From the sequence record PX246730.1: a DNA stretch of 64,000 nt; one strand, 5' to 3'. Position numbers and translations under genes: made by a program. Positions 44,184-54,624 of the stretch are shown piece after piece; positions within the stretch are counted from its first letter, which is position 1, and each line of letters begins with the position of its first letter. Below the pieces are notes generated by a model. The model did no database searches and was not told the DNA's origin. It saw only the letters and a list, made by a program, of their open reading frames with translations. The stretch is from a phage.

Positions 44184-46161
44184 AGGTCGTAAATTGAAAG
44201 AGGCTGGTCAGTTTATTGGTCATTGTGCATGTCCACGTTGTGGTTCATCAGATGCTGGTTCAATCTATCATCATGACGATGATTCTTATTCGATGACTTG
44301 CTTTAGCTGTAACAAAGGTTTCCCAGAGTGGGATTTTGATAAAGGACAAATCGTGAGCACTTATTCTACTGGTTCAGACAATAAAAACCGTACTTTCCGT
44401 GGAATGGATTTAGACGATGTAAAAGAAAACCTAGAAGCAATGGACTTGAAAGACAGGAAGATTCCTGCAAAAGTCCTTGAACGTTTGGGTATCAAGGTTG
44501 ACATTGATAGTGACGGTGAAATTGATGCACATTTCTACCCAACTTACAAACGTAATGAAGATGGCAAGCTAGAGCATGTTGGCTACCGTGTTCGTCACCG
44601 TTACCCAGAAGACCATCCAAAAGAACACCTACGTGGTAAGCTAAAAGACTTTTCAGGTGGTGTTGGAGACATTAAAGGTGAACTGGCAATGTTCGGTTCA
44701 TGGATTGCTCCAGAAGGTGGCAACCGTTTATTCATCTGGGAAGGTGAGATGGAATGCGCTACAGCAATCTACATGACTTCTCTGGCAATTAAAGATAAGT
44801 CTCGTCGTAAGAATTACTGTCACGTATCTGTTCCATCAGGTGCAAACATTAAGTCTATCAAAGACAACTATCAGTACATCACATCATTTGATGAAATTTA
44901 CTTGTGCTTTGATAACGATGAAGCAGGTGCTAAAGCCACTAAAGAGGCTGCTGGCATTCTCCCTATCGAGAAGGTTCGTTTATTCCAGTATCCAGAGGGT
45001 GTAAAAGACCTTAACGAGTGGTGGACAAAGTTCTATAAAGAAAAAGATACAGTTCTGGAAGGATTTAAGCAGCGTATCTACAATGCACCTCGTTACTGTC
45101 CTGCTGGTATCAAGAACTTCGCAGATGGTTTTGAGGCAATGAAGAATCGTGGTCAAATTCCATTGATTCCTTTCCCAGAGTCTTTCGGAGATTTGAACAG
45201 GCTGACTTATGGTGGTTATGGATTAGGTGAGATTACAACTCTGGCAGCACCATCTTCAGTGGGTAAATCAGCTTACACTCGTGAGATGATTTATTCAGCT
45301 TGGAAAGAAACTGATTACAATATCGGTGTAATTCCTGTAGAAGATACTTACGAAGAACTTATGGAAATGCTCTGTGCAATCCACCTGAGCAAGCAGATTT
45401 CTGAGATTCCTTATGACGAACGTGATTGGGATGAACTAAAAGGGGCACACGCAGAACTGTCTAAAGGTCGTCGTATCCACATCGTTGACCATCAAGGGGC
45501 AATTGACCAAGATAACTTGCTGGAATTTGTCGACTATCTTGTTAACAGTTTAGACTGTAAGATTATTATTCTTGACCCTATTACGTTGGCTCTGTCACGT
45601 TCCGATACGGATGAAGAGGAAGTTTTGTCTGAGCTATTGCGTCGTTGCAAACGCTACCAGTATGCACAGGTGAACGTCTGTCACGTCCGTAAGAGTGCAG
45701 GTGGTCAGAAAGCCAACTCTGAAGGTGGAGATATCTCTGAAGAGGATATCAAAGGCTCTGGTGCGTATTTCCAGATTTCTATGAACAACATTCTGTTAAT
45801 GCGTAACAAGGTTGACCCAGACCCTGTTAAGAAAAACTTGACAAAAATCAAGCTAACTAAATGTCGTCGTCACGGTAAGTCAACGGGTATTGCTGGTCAT
45901 ACTTGGTACAATCCAGATACAGGACGCCTCATCAAAGCATCTGGTTGTGGGGTTGACATTGATGGTGCAGCAGAAAATATTCGCCAACAGTTTGGTATTG
46001 GTGAAGCTGAAGACCATTACGATGACTCTTTACCGCATTATGAGGATGAAGTGTTTGACCGTGAGACTGGTGAAGTCTATACTGAAGAGCAGCGTCAAAG
46101 CTCAACGATTCCACCTGTATTAAGTGAGGATGCAGATGACTGCCCATTCGAAACTGAGTGA
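44170..46161 (+). CDS. DNA primase-helicase (putative)
   Basis: N-terminal zinc-binding CxxC...CxxC (CACPRCGSSD ... CFSCNKGF); central P-loop-like AAPSSVGKSAYTRE. Confidence 0.6.
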   Translation: MLMSKGRKLKEAGQFIGHCACPRCGSSDAGSIYHHDDDSYSMTCFSCNKGFPEWDFDKGQIVSTYSTGSDNKNRTFRGMDLDDVKENLEAMDLKDRKIPAKVLERLGIKVDIDSDGEIDAHFYPTYKRNEDGKLEHVGYRVRHRYPEDHPKEHLRGKLKDFSGGVGDIKGELAMFGSWIAPEGGNRLFIWEGEMECATAIYMTSLAIKDKSRRKNYCHVSVPSGANIKSIKDNYQYITSFDEIYLCFDNDEAGAKATKEAAGILPIEKVRLFQYPEGVKDLNEWWTKFYKEKDTVLEGFKQRIYNAPRYCPAGIKNFADGFEAMKNRGQIPLIPFPESFGDLNRLTYGGYGLGEITTLAAPSSVGKSAYTREMIYSAWKETDYNIGVIPVEDTYEELMEMLCAIHLSKQISEIPYDERDWDELKGAHAELSKGRRIHIVDHQGAIDQDNLLEFVDYLVNSLDCKIIILDPITLALSRSDTDEEEVLSELLRRCKRYQYAQVNVCHVRKSAGGQKANSEGGDISEEDIKGSGAYFQISMNNILLMRNKVDPDPVKKNLTKIKLTKCRRHGKSTGIAGHTWYNPDTGRLIKASGCGVDIDGAAENIRQQFGIGEAEDHYDDSLPHYEDEVFDRETGEVYTEEQRQSSTIPPVLSEDADDCPFETE

Positions 46162-46417
46162 TAGCTATAAAAGAGAGGGGTTCACACCCTTCTTTGAAGA
46201 AAAAAGTTTAAATAAATTTCGGGAAGAGTGTTTGACAAAGATTGATAGGTTCTATAGAATGCTCTACATGAAATGTGATGGAGGTGTTGAGGTAGAAGAA
46301 AAGTTCCATCACAGTATTATCACAGCCACTATTACTATACCTGAACGTAATATTGGTTGGCTGTTTATAATGAAAGAAAATGTGTTTGAATATCAAGTAT
46401 ATCGGAGAATATCATGA
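46124..46417 (+). CDS. hypothetical ORF overlapping primase 3' end (doubtful)
   Basis: ORF track only; contains a promoter-like sequence. Confidence 0.25.
   Translation: MRMQMTAHSKLSDSYKREGFTPFFEEKSLNKFREECLTKIDRFYRMLYMKCDGGVEVEEKFHHSIITATITIPERNIGWLFIMKENVFEYQVYRRIS
46232..46260 (+). promoter_or_regulatory. sigma70-like promoter candidate (TTGACA-N17-TAGAAT)
   Basis: -35 46232-46237, -10 46255-46260. Confidence 0.4.
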
Positions 46418-46563
46418 AACACTCTAAAGCATTTGAAAAAGTTTTTGGGGATTCCTTAAAAGCCACTGCTGGAAAACCAGCAAAATACTATGAAGAAAAA
46501 CGTGTAAGAACTGGAAAAACTGCACGTAAAGCAGCTTCTAAAGATAAGCACAACTTCCAGTAA
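46414..46563 (+). CDS. small basic protein (49 aa), not in ORF track
   Basis: ATG at 46414 with GGAG 7-10 nt upstream; Lys/Arg-rich. Confidence 0.3.
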   Translation: MKHSKAFEKVFGDSLKATAGKPAKYYEEKRVRTGKTARKAASKDKHNFQ

Positions 46564-46570
46564 TTAATGT

Positions 46571-46599
46571 TTGACAATAGAGTATCAACAAATTAGAAT
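46571..46599 (+). promoter_or_regulatory. sigma70-like promoter (TTGACA-N17-TAGAAT)
   Basis: -35 46571-46576, -10 46594-46599, upstream of CDS at 46636. Confidence 0.55.
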
Positions 46600-46635
46600 T
46601 GGTACTCTTCATAAATTGAGATAGAGGTTTAAATA

Positions 46636-47493
46636 ATGTCTAAAGTTGTTAAAATGAAAGCTCCGGTAGAGAAGTACAATGGTACTGAACGTCAAACTCT
46701 GCGTTACCTTCTGAAAGATGTTTGGTTTTATTACCTGAACACTTCACCACGTCCGGGAAAAGGCAAATCCATTGATAAGAAATTCCCAGGCAAAGATTGT
46801 AACTACAGCGTATCAATTCTGGCAGAAGACGGTAACAAACTGTTTAAAGAGTTTACTAAGTCTAAGAAGAACCCAGAAGGCTGGGATAAAGTCACTACTG
46901 AAGCAGTTGATGCAGACGACTTCGAAGAGAAGTTTGGTTGTAAACCACCTTTTGAAGCAGACACTTACTACATCTTGAAAGTAAGTCGTGCAGCAGCTTA
47001 TAAAGATGGTGCTGTATGGACAGCTAAACAGTCATTCCCTGTTATGCTTATTGAAGAAGTAAATGGTAAGCGTGTAGCTGTTAAACAGCCGATGAAGAAA
47101 ATCAAAGCTCAAGCATCTGACAAACATGAAGATGACAAGAACTATGATGTAATTCATCCAGATATTGCAGTCGGTAACGGTTCTTTTGGTAGTGTGATTC
47201 TTTCTACTCACTTCTACACTTTTGAGAACAATGTTCTGACAAAACCTATTCAGGAACAGTTTATCATTGATACTCTTGTACCTTACACTGGTGGTAACGG
47301 TGCTAATGGCGAACCTGAACTGGATGAAGACGAACTGGCTATGCTTGGTCTTGATGGTGTTGAAGATAACGGTGAAATCACTGAAGAAGACGCAAAAGAC
47401 CACAAACCTTCGAATGATTCTGATGATGGTGACGATGAAGACTTGCCAGACCCAGATGACGAAGAGGATGAAGACTTCGATACAGAAGACTAA
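46636..47493 (+). CDS. ssDNA-binding protein-like (acidic C-terminal tail)
   Basis: highly acidic C-terminus DDGDDEDLPDPDDEEDEDFDTED; position within replication module. Confidence 0.4.
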   Translation: MSKVVKMKAPVEKYNGTERQTLRYLLKDVWFYYLNTSPRPGKGKSIDKKFPGKDCNYSVSILAEDGNKLFKEFTKSKKNPEGWDKVTTEAVDADDFEEKFGCKPPFEADTYYILKVSRAAAYKDGAVWTAKQSFPVMLIEEVNGKRVAVKQPMKKIKAQASDKHEDDKNYDVIHPDIAVGNGSFGSVILSTHFYTFENNVLTKPIQEQFIIDTLVPYTGGNGANGEPELDEDELAMLGLDGVEDNGEITEEDAKDHKPSNDSDDGDDEDLPDPDDEEDEDFDTED

Positions 47494-47510
47494 TCTATAA
47501 AAGTTACTTT

Positions 47511-47541
47511 AAAGCCCTGTACTTAGTATGGGGCTTTTTCA
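47511..47541 (+). terminator. intrinsic terminator
   Basis: AGCCC ... GGGGCT hairpin followed by TTTTT. Confidence 0.55.
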
Positions 47542-47555
47542 TATGGAGAGCCATA

Positions 47556-48596
47556 ATGGAGAAGTACACATTAACAAAGCTTCCCGATTCAGTTACACAT
47601 GTCTTTATTGACTCTGACAGTATTGCCTATAAAGGTGCTTGTGTAGTTGAGAAAGCAAAATATAAATATGTCAATAAACTCACAGCAGAAGAATCTGAGC
47701 CATTTGATAATGCGAAAGATGCTGCAAGATGGTTAGCAGACCAGAGAATCCTTGTGGAAGAGCTTGGCCTGACATTTGATGAAGATGAATGGGAAAGACA
47801 GACTTGGAAAGAAGCTAAGAGTGAAAAAGAAGCTATCATGGCTACTCAACAGGTGCTTCAGGAATGGCTTAAGATTGTTGGTAAAGAGAGAACTTGGGTA
47901 GGCTATTTAACAGAGAAAGGTGTGCATAAACATAAAGACATTAAAGGTCTTGAGCACCAATATCAAGGTAACCGTAAAGATGCTGTCACACCAACACACT
48001 TAGTTGCTTGTCGTGAGTATCTTCTGTCAAGACCAGAGTTCAAGCTCTTAAAGGGTGGCTTCGAAGCCGATTCAATCGTAATTGCTAAAGCTGAAAAGAT
48101 GGGTAAGAAAGCTGCTCTTATGAGTATTGACAAAGACCTTCGACAAGCTGAAGGGACTTATTGTATTGATATGACTTATGAAAAATCACCATTAATTTTT
48201 ATTGCTGACAACAATGTTGGTGATATCTGGGATTGTCCTATCAAATCAAAACCAAAAGCTGCAAAAACAGTTGGTGTAGGTTTTAAATTCTTGTGTTATC
48301 AGGCTGTTGCTGGAGATAATGCAGACAACTACTTCGGCCTAAAAGGGGCTGGTAAAGTAGCTGTGATGAATGCTTTAGATGGTAAAGAGACCTACAAAGA
48401 GTGTCTTGATGCTATCTATGAACTCTATGCTAAAAAAGACTCTTATACCTATGTGTCATGGGATGGACAAACTGTTACAAAGACACCGTTAGAGTTAATG
48501 GAACAGCATTTCTGGATAGCATATCAAGAGAGAAATCCAAAAGACAATTTCTCTTTCAAGAAATATAATTGGGAGCCGTGTATGAATGAAGATTAA
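47556..48596 (+). CDS. 5'-3' exonuclease / flap endonuclease (RNase H-like)
   Basis: N-terminal VFIDSDSIAY and helix-3-turn-helix GDNADNYFGLKGAGKVA matching FEN-family GDxSDNxPGxxGxGxKTA. Confidence 0.6.
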   Translation: MEKYTLTKLPDSVTHVFIDSDSIAYKGACVVEKAKYKYVNKLTAEESEPFDNAKDAARWLADQRILVEELGLTFDEDEWERQTWKEAKSEKEAIMATQQVLQEWLKIVGKERTWVGYLTEKGVHKHKDIKGLEHQYQGNRKDAVTPTHLVACREYLLSRPEFKLLKGGFEADSIVIAKAEKMGKKAALMSIDKDLRQAEGTYCIDMTYEKSPLIFIADNNVGDIWDCPIKSKPKAAKTVGVGFKFLCYQAVAGDNADNYFGLKGAGKVAVMNALDGKETYKECLDAIYELYAKKDSYTYVSWDGQTVTKTPLELMEQHFWIAYQERNPKDNFSFKKYNWEPCMNED

Positions 48597-49083
48597 AGGA
48601 TTTGGCAATTGCCCTACCTACGGTCATTGGGTATCTTTATGTGGGGAAGTTGACCCCACTAAACATTTTGGCTTTGTCTATTTAGTACACTGTAAGAAGA
48701 CTGGACAATATTATATAGGAAAGAAACAGCTTAACAGTGTGAACAAAAGAAAAGTTGCTGGGAAGACTCGGAAGAAGGTAGTCACTAAGGAAAGTGATTG
48801 GATGACTTACGAAACCTCTTCTGAGTATATTAAAAAAGATATTGAGAGCTTTGGAAAAGAATTTTTTGACTTTTACATTATCCAAACCTACTACACGAAA
48901 GGTGGTCTAGTTTATGGTGAAGCAAACCTCCAACATAAATTCGATGTAATGACAAAAAGGATTGACTCTAAGCTCAGACTCTTCTACAATGCCAATATTG
49001 CAGCAATTAAGTTTATTACTAAAGAAACTTATGAAGATGCTGAAAAAAGAATCCATAAGGTAATGAAAGCAAACTGTACTTGA
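48586..49083 (+). CDS. GIY-YIG-like endonuclease domain protein (putative)
   Basis: FVYLVHCKKTGQYYIGKK resembles GIY-(10-11)-YIG motif. Confidence 0.4.
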   Translation: MKIKGFGNCPTYGHWVSLCGEVDPTKHFGFVYLVHCKKTGQYYIGKKQLNSVNKRKVAGKTRKKVVTKESDWMTYETSSEYIKKDIESFGKEFFDFYIIQTYYTKGGLVYGEANLQHKFDVMTKRIDSKLRLFYNANIAAIKFITKETYEDAEKRIHKVMKANCT

Positions 49084-49089
49084 TAACTA

Positions 49090-49335
49090 TTGAGAGAGAA
49101 TAAAATGTTTAACAAAAGTAAAGCTGTGAGTCATGTAGCAAAGGTTGACAGCAAGATTGAAGAACTTGAGCGCATTCTTGCAAATGCCAGAGAGTCAATA
49201 ATTAAAGAAGTTGAAGCTGTTGAGTCTCAAATGCAGCACCTAATGCTTAAACGTCAAGAGCTACGTGAGCATCTGGAATATATTGAAACACGAGAGCTAA
49301 AGGTTAACAGATTTTTAAGGAGTCCAAATGTTTAA
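49090..49335 (+). CDS. hypothetical coiled-coil protein (81 aa)
   Basis: ORF track. Confidence 0.4.
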   Translation: MRENKMFNKSKAVSHVAKVDSKIEELERILANARESIIKEVEAVESQMQHLMLKRQELREHLEYIETRELKVNRFLRSPNV

Positions 49336-50083
49336 CTCAAGAGAAGCAGTAAAAAACTGGAATCTTCGTTGTGGAAACACTCAAAAGCAACCTTACAGTG
49401 ATGAGTATTGGGAATCTTTAAAATCCCAGTCTCTGTGTATGCTTGAAGAAGCAAAAGAGCTTGTAAAAGCAATTGAAGAAAAAGACCCCATTGAGACACT
49501 GGATGCTCAGGCAGATTTGCAATATGTTCTTGATGGTCTGATTTATCTGTCACAACATGACCATAACGGTGCTATGAAAGCTGTTTGCCATAATAATGAC
49601 CTGAAGTACACAGATGACTATGAAGAAGCTTTAAAACGTCTTGCAGATATTGAGAAGCGTACTGGTCAAGAGTGTATCATCAGAATGTCAGTGGTTGATG
49701 GTAAAGAGTGGTATGCGATTGTCCGTGCAGCCGATGGGAAGATTATGAAGCAATCAAATCTCCCTAAAGTACAGCTTGGTGAATACATTGTAGAGCTTGA
49801 AAGCCAAGAACTTTTTGTGGTAGTATCTGATACATGCGTTATCTGCAAAGGTATTGTATGTAGCTTAAAGGATTTGGGTGTAGATGGTTTTGTAGAAGTT
49901 AATCCAATTACCTCTAAAGCAGATAAAGATTTCTGTAAAGAGAATGGACTATGGATTGCAGATATTGTCTACTACGATGGTGAGCAGTTCCATGTAACCT
50001 CATACCCGAAACTGAATTATGATGCTAATAACCTGAAGTGCTGGTTAAAAGGGGTTGGTTATAATGGATTCACAGAACATTAA
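49328..50083 (+). CDS. hypothetical protein (251 aa)
   Basis: ORF track. Confidence 0.45.
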   Translation: MFNSREAVKNWNLRCGNTQKQPYSDEYWESLKSQSLCMLEEAKELVKAIEEKDPIETLDAQADLQYVLDGLIYLSQHDHNGAMKAVCHNNDLKYTDDYEEALKRLADIEKRTGQECIIRMSVVDGKEWYAIVRAADGKIMKQSNLPKVQLGEYIVELESQELFVVVSDTCVICKGIVCSLKDLGVDGFVEVNPITSKADKDFCKENGLWIADIVYYDGEQFHVTSYPKLNYDANNLKCWLKGVGYNGFTEH

Positions 50084-50387
50084 TAAAGAAGGTGTGGCTC
50101 AGAAGAGCCACTTCTCAAACTACAATATCTCTATGACGGTGTTTATGAATGACCCGTTACTTGAGAAGTATGGTGAGACTCCAGATACACTTCTGGATAA
50201 TGAACAAGTTTTAAAAGCAGTCCTGTACAAATACGGGATTGATATTGAGAAAGAGTATTCCTTTGAAATCTGCCAACACAGAAATACTTTTGGTAAAGTT
50301 GTGATGGCTCCACTTTTTATGGGTGTAGAAAGGACTGACTACGGTTGGTTATATCTAAAAAGAAACTTGGAGAAATACCGTGTCTAA
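50064..50387 (+). CDS. hypothetical protein
   Basis: ORF track, start trimmed to internal ATG. Confidence 0.4.
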   Translation: MDSQNINKEGVAQKSHFSNYNISMTVFMNDPLLEKYGETPDTLLDNEQVLKAVLYKYGIDIEKEYSFEICQHRNTFGKVVMAPLFMGVERTDYGWLYLKRNLEKYRV

Positions 50388-50718
50388 AGCAAAAAAGCTA
50401 TCTTATGATGACATTATCTCAGGTGCTAAGCTAGGTGTTGACAGTATCGGACAAGACGTTAAGCACGGAGACACAGTTATGTACTGTGATGACCGAAGAG
50501 GTAGAAGTGCAATCTTGTTTGGAAGAATTGTTTGCAAGATGCGAGGTAATTATGTTGTTGCAGACATGGATGTGAACGTTACACAAAAACTTGAAACACT
50601 TATGGATGATAATACATCATCATGGTTCTCCCTGAATTGTATGCACACTTCTTCAGTCACAAAAGTAAGTGATAAGTTTTACGATATGTGGCAGAATGAG
50701 CAAATTTTCAAGATTTAA
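50380..50718 (+). CDS. hypothetical protein (112 aa)
   Basis: ORF track. Confidence 0.4.
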   Translation: MSKAKKLSYDDIISGAKLGVDSIGQDVKHGDTVMYCDDRRGRSAILFGRIVCKMRGNYVVADMDVNVTQKLETLMDDNTSSWFSLNCMHTSSVTKVSDKFYDMWQNEQIFKI

Positions 50719-50723
50719 ACTAG

Positions 50724-50747
50724 GGAGCCTCTTCGGAGGCTCTTTTC
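50724..50747 (+). terminator. intrinsic terminator
   Basis: GAGCCTC-ttcg-GAGGCTC followed by TTTTC. Confidence 0.65.
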
Positions 50748-50764
50748 ATCTGTAGGATTCAAAA

Positions 50765-52999
50765 ATGATTAAGACAATTAAAAAATCAAATGGTACAGTA
50801 GTAAACTTTGACCCAGAAAGATTGAATAAGTGGGCATCATGGGCAGATAAGCGTGGAATTATCTGGTCAGAAGTCACTATGGAAGCCATGAAACGTGTCT
50901 ATGAAGGTTGCACTACAAAAGAGATGCACCAAGCCATGATTGATGTTTGTGTTGATAAACAAACTCAAGAGTACTCAGATATGGCTGGACGGCTACTTCT
51001 AGGAATTATCTACAAAGAAGCCTTTGGAGGTTTTACTAAGGTTCCTACGCTGATTACCTTCGTTAAAAATATGGAGAGAGCAGGACTTTGGGAGAAGATG
51101 GATTATTCACAGGAAGAGCTTGAATACCTGCAAGGTTACATCGTGCACTCAAAAGATATCTCTTACGGCTATGCAGTATTGAAACAGTTCAGAGACAAGT
51201 ATGGTATCCGTGATATTAAAACTGGAAGACTTTTTGAGTCACCGCAATTTATGTTTATGGGTATGGCTATGAAAGCCTTTGAGAAGCAACCAAAGCACCG
51301 TAGACTGCAAGATGTTATCAAGCTGTACACTTACCTATCTGACCTGAAGATTAACGCTCCTACGCCTTATCTGAATGGTTTAAGAGCCACTAAATCAGGT
51401 TATGCGTCATGCTGTTTGATTAAGGCGAATGATACCGCTGAATCACTTGGTATTGCTGCAAAGGTTGCTTATGATATGACTACAAAGCAAGCTGGTATTG
51501 GGATGCTGATGGAAACTCGCACCATTGGCGATGGTATCCGTCAAAATACTATTGAGCATATGGGTAAACTGCCTTATTACAAGCTTGTACGTTCATCTGT
51601 AGAGGCAAACAAACAGAAGAGCCGTGGTGGTTCAGCTAACAACTTCTACACTGCTCTAGACCCACAGATTGAAGATTTACTGCGTTTGAAGCACCCTACA
51701 ACGGTTCCTTCTAAACGTATTAATGAGATGGACTACTCATTCGGCACAAACGATTATTTCTGGCAGTGTGTTCAGTATGATACAGACTGGTTGCTATTCT
51801 CTTACAAAGATGCACCAAAACTCTATGACATGTTCTACACAGCATCTGCTGATGAGTTTGCTATGGCAGTTGGTCACGCAGTGCATTCAGGAGTTAAGCA
51901 CAGACGAGTCAAGGCTCGTGAAATTGCTAAGCTGTTTATTCAACAGCGTTATGCAACAGGCCGTGTGTACCCATTCTTCACAAATAATGCAAACACACAT
52001 ACACCATTTAAAGAACCATTGAAGATGTCAAATCTTTGTATGGAAATTGTGTTGCCAGTGTATGGTTTTGAGAAAGAGACAGACCTTTACAGAGATGATG
52101 CTGTGAAAGAGGATGGTGAGGTAGCTCTTTGCTTCCTAGCTAGTTTGGTTGCAGGGAGAATTTCAGAAGATGAATACGCTGACGTTGCTTATTATGCTCT
52201 TGCAATGGTTGACTCCGTTATTGACCTTATGGATTATCCGTATCCGTCGATGCGTAACCATGTTCAGAAGCGTCGTTCTGTTGGGATTGGCCTTACAAAT
52301 GTGGCTCATTACCTTGCGAAGAACTACGTGAACTACTCTTCACGAGCAGGTAAAACGAAACTTCATGAACTTGCAGAGATGCACTCTTACTATCTGCATG
52401 AAGCTTCTCTGAGACTTGCTAAAGAGCGTGGCGTTCCAGAGTACATGAAGTTCACTAAGTATCCTGAAGGCTGGGTTCCTCCAAAGACAGCTAACAAGAG
52501 GATTGATGAAAAGCATGATGCAAAACTACGATATGATTGGGATGACTTAGCACAACGTATCAAAGAAAATGGTGGAATCCGAAACTCTGTATTAGAAGCT
52601 TACATGCCTAATGAGAGTTCTTCACTAGCAACTAATACGACAAATGGCTTGTACCCAATTCGTGACTTTATTTTAACTAAAAAGTCTGCAACTGGTAACG
52701 TACTGTTTATTGTTCCAGATTATGAAGAGTTGAAGTATGTCTATGAAATTGCTTGGGATATCGACACCTTTGACATGATTGACTGTTATGCAATTGTTCA
52801 AAAGTTCACTGGTCAAGCTATCTCTTCAGATTTCTATGTTGACTACGCAAAGTCTAAGAAGGTATCATTGGCTCAAGCTTTGAAGTACATGATTTATGCC
52901 AACTCGGTAGGTATGAAAACCATGTACTACCTTAACAGTCGCATTGGTGTAGGTAAATCTGCACTGCAAGATGCTTATTGCGAGGGTTGTGGTGTTTAG
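50765..52999 (+). CDS. nrdA: ribonucleotide reductase class Ia large subunit
   Basis: 744 aa, N-terminal ATP-cone-like region, followed by nrdB and glutaredoxin. Confidence 0.75.
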   Translation: MIKTIKKSNGTVVNFDPERLNKWASWADKRGIIWSEVTMEAMKRVYEGCTTKEMHQAMIDVCVDKQTQEYSDMAGRLLLGIIYKEAFGGFTKVPTLITFVKNMERAGLWEKMDYSQEELEYLQGYIVHSKDISYGYAVLKQFRDKYGIRDIKTGRLFESPQFMFMGMAMKAFEKQPKHRRLQDVIKLYTYLSDLKINAPTPYLNGLRATKSGYASCCLIKANDTAESLGIAAKVAYDMTTKQAGIGMLMETRTIGDGIRQNTIEHMGKLPYYKLVRSSVEANKQKSRGGSANNFYTALDPQIEDLLRLKHPTTVPSKRINEMDYSFGTNDYFWQCVQYDTDWLLFSYKDAPKLYDMFYTASADEFAMAVGHAVHSGVKHRRVKAREIAKLFIQQRYATGRVYPFFTNNANTHTPFKEPLKMSNLCMEIVLPVYGFEKETDLYRDDAVKEDGEVALCFLASLVAGRISEDEYADVAYYALAMVDSVIDLMDYPYPSMRNHVQKRRSVGIGLTNVAHYLAKNYVNYSSRAGKTKLHELAEMHSYYLHEASLRLAKERGVPEYMKFTKYPEGWVPPKTANKRIDEKHDAKLRYDWDDLAQRIKENGGIRNSVLEAYMPNESSSLATNTTNGLYPIRDFILTKKSATGNVLFIVPDYEELKYVYEIAWDIDTFDMIDCYAIVQKFTGQAISSDFYVDYAKSKKVSLAQALKYMIYANSVGMKTMYYLNSRIGVGKSALQDAYCEGCGV

Positions 53000-53054
53000 T
53001 TTTAACAACTATGAGGGTCGTAAAAGACCCTCTAAAAATAACTTTGGAGAGACC

Positions 53055-53312
53055 ATGAAAGATTTAATAGAAAAACATGAGCGACCTATATACTTGCTAC
53101 ACAAGCCTCGGAAAACGATGTACTATGTGAGTAGCACAGATATGATGATAAAACAAAAGGATGACTCATGGGTTGCTGGTATCTCTTACATCTCTACAGC
53201 AGATGGTAAAATCTACGCAAGACCTTATGAGATGTTTAACAAAGAGAATTGGGAAGTTTTAGACAGGAAACAAGCCTCAGAAATGATAAAGAAAGGAGAA
53301 ATCACGCTATGA
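53055..53312 (+). CDS. hypothetical small protein between nrdA and nrdB
   Basis: ORF track 52971-53312 trimmed to internal Met. Confidence 0.3.
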   Translation: MKDLIEKHERPIYLLHKPRKTMYYVSSTDMMIKQKDDSWVAGISYISTADGKIYARPYEMFNKENWEVLDRKQASEMIKKGEITL

Positions 53313-54382
53313 TTAACCAGCACCCAATCTTTTTAGGTGGTGAGAGAAAAACTTTTGACTCACTTAATAAACACTACCCAAAAATCTTTGAGCTTTATAA
53401 ACAACAAAAAGCACAAGATTGGTCAGAAGATGAGTTCCCTTTTGAACAATCCCGTCTTGATTTTGAGAGTGTCCCAGCATCAATGTCAGGTGTAATGCTT
53501 GAGATTCTTAAGTGGCAGTGGGAAGCAGATACTCAAGTTGCTAAAAGTTTAGCGTTTGCCTTTGCACCATTCATCTCTGATGACATCTATGCGACTGCAA
53601 TTATGAAGCAGTCTGAGATTGAAAACCTACATGCTCTTACTTACTCAGAGATTGTAAGGCAATGTATTAAAAACCCTGAAACAATCTTAGATGAGATTAA
53701 CCAGAATGTTGCTGTACAAGACCGATTAAAAACTGTGAATCGTGTTCTTGAAGAATTACTGGATGAAGGTATAAACTATCGTCTGAGTTATGTGCGTGAC
53801 TCACTTCTGGACAAAGACCCTTTACACTTCCATAAAGTGATTCTAAAAGGTCTCTTTGCAGTGACTGCACTGGAAGGTATATCTTTCATGGCATCCTTTG
53901 CATGTACCTTTGCACTTGATGCTCAAGATAAATTTCAGGGTATTGCTCAAGCTGTCCAGAAAATTATGCTTGACGAAATCCTTCACACTAAAATTGATAT
54001 TGAAGTTTTAAAAGAAACTTTAAGAGATGATGAGTGGCAGAAAGCTTTTCAACAAATTCTTCCAGAGATTAAAGTAATCTTAGATGAAGTAGTTGAAAGT
54101 GAAGAGAAATGGTCGTATTATATCTTCTCCGAAGGACGTGCTGTAGTTGGCTTAAATACAAAGCTTCTTCATGAGTGGGTTTACTATAATGCTGCCCCAC
54201 TGTATGATATGTTTGGCATTCCCAGAGATTTTGTAGCTCCTAAAGAACCACCTTTGAAGTACATGATTAAGAAGATGGAAATTGATAAAGAGCAGAATGC
54301 TAATCAGGAGCAACAGAACGGTGCGTACCTATTGAATACTGTTGTAGATGATTTGAATAGTGGATTTTTAGAGGTTCCTTAA
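53309..54382 (+). CDS. nrdB: ribonucleotide reductase class Ia small subunit
   Basis: about 357 aa from ATG at 53309 with AAAGGAG RBS; position after nrdA. Confidence 0.7.
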   Translation: MINQHPIFLGGERKTFDSLNKHYPKIFELYKQQKAQDWSEDEFPFEQSRLDFESVPASMSGVMLEILKWQWEADTQVAKSLAFAFAPFISDDIYATAIMKQSEIENLHALTYSEIVRQCIKNPETILDEINQNVAVQDRLKTVNRVLEELLDEGINYRLSYVRDSLLDKDPLHFHKVILKGLFAVTALEGISFMASFACTFALDAQDKFQGIAQAVQKIMLDEILHTKIDIEVLKETLRDDEWQKAFQQILPEIKVILDEVVESEEKWSYYIFSEGRAVVGLNTKLLHEWVYYNAAPLYDMFGIPRDFVAPKEPPLKYMIKKMEIDKEQNANQEQQNGAYLLNTVVDDLNSGFLEVP

Positions 54383-54624
54383 TGACTTATGTAATTTACT
54401 CCAAAACTGGATGCCCTCAGTGTGAGACTGCAAAGAATTTTGCAAAAGCTCGTGGTATTGACCATGTTGTGAGAATGTTAGGGCAGGATTATGAGCTATC
54501 AGAACTAATGGATATTGCACAGATGCCAGTTCGTCAGATGCCATTCATTATGAAAACTGATGGACAAAACCTAAAACCTGTTGGGACGCTACAGAATTTT
54601 ATGGCAGAGGTGAATAATGCTTAA
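54382..54624 (+). CDS. glutaredoxin/NrdH-like redoxin
   Basis: 80 aa with CPQC active-site motif near N-terminus. Confidence 0.6.
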   Translation: MTYVIYSKTGCPQCETAKNFAKARGIDHVVRMLGQDYELSELMDIAQMPVRQMPFIMKTDGQNLKPVGTLQNFMAEVNNA

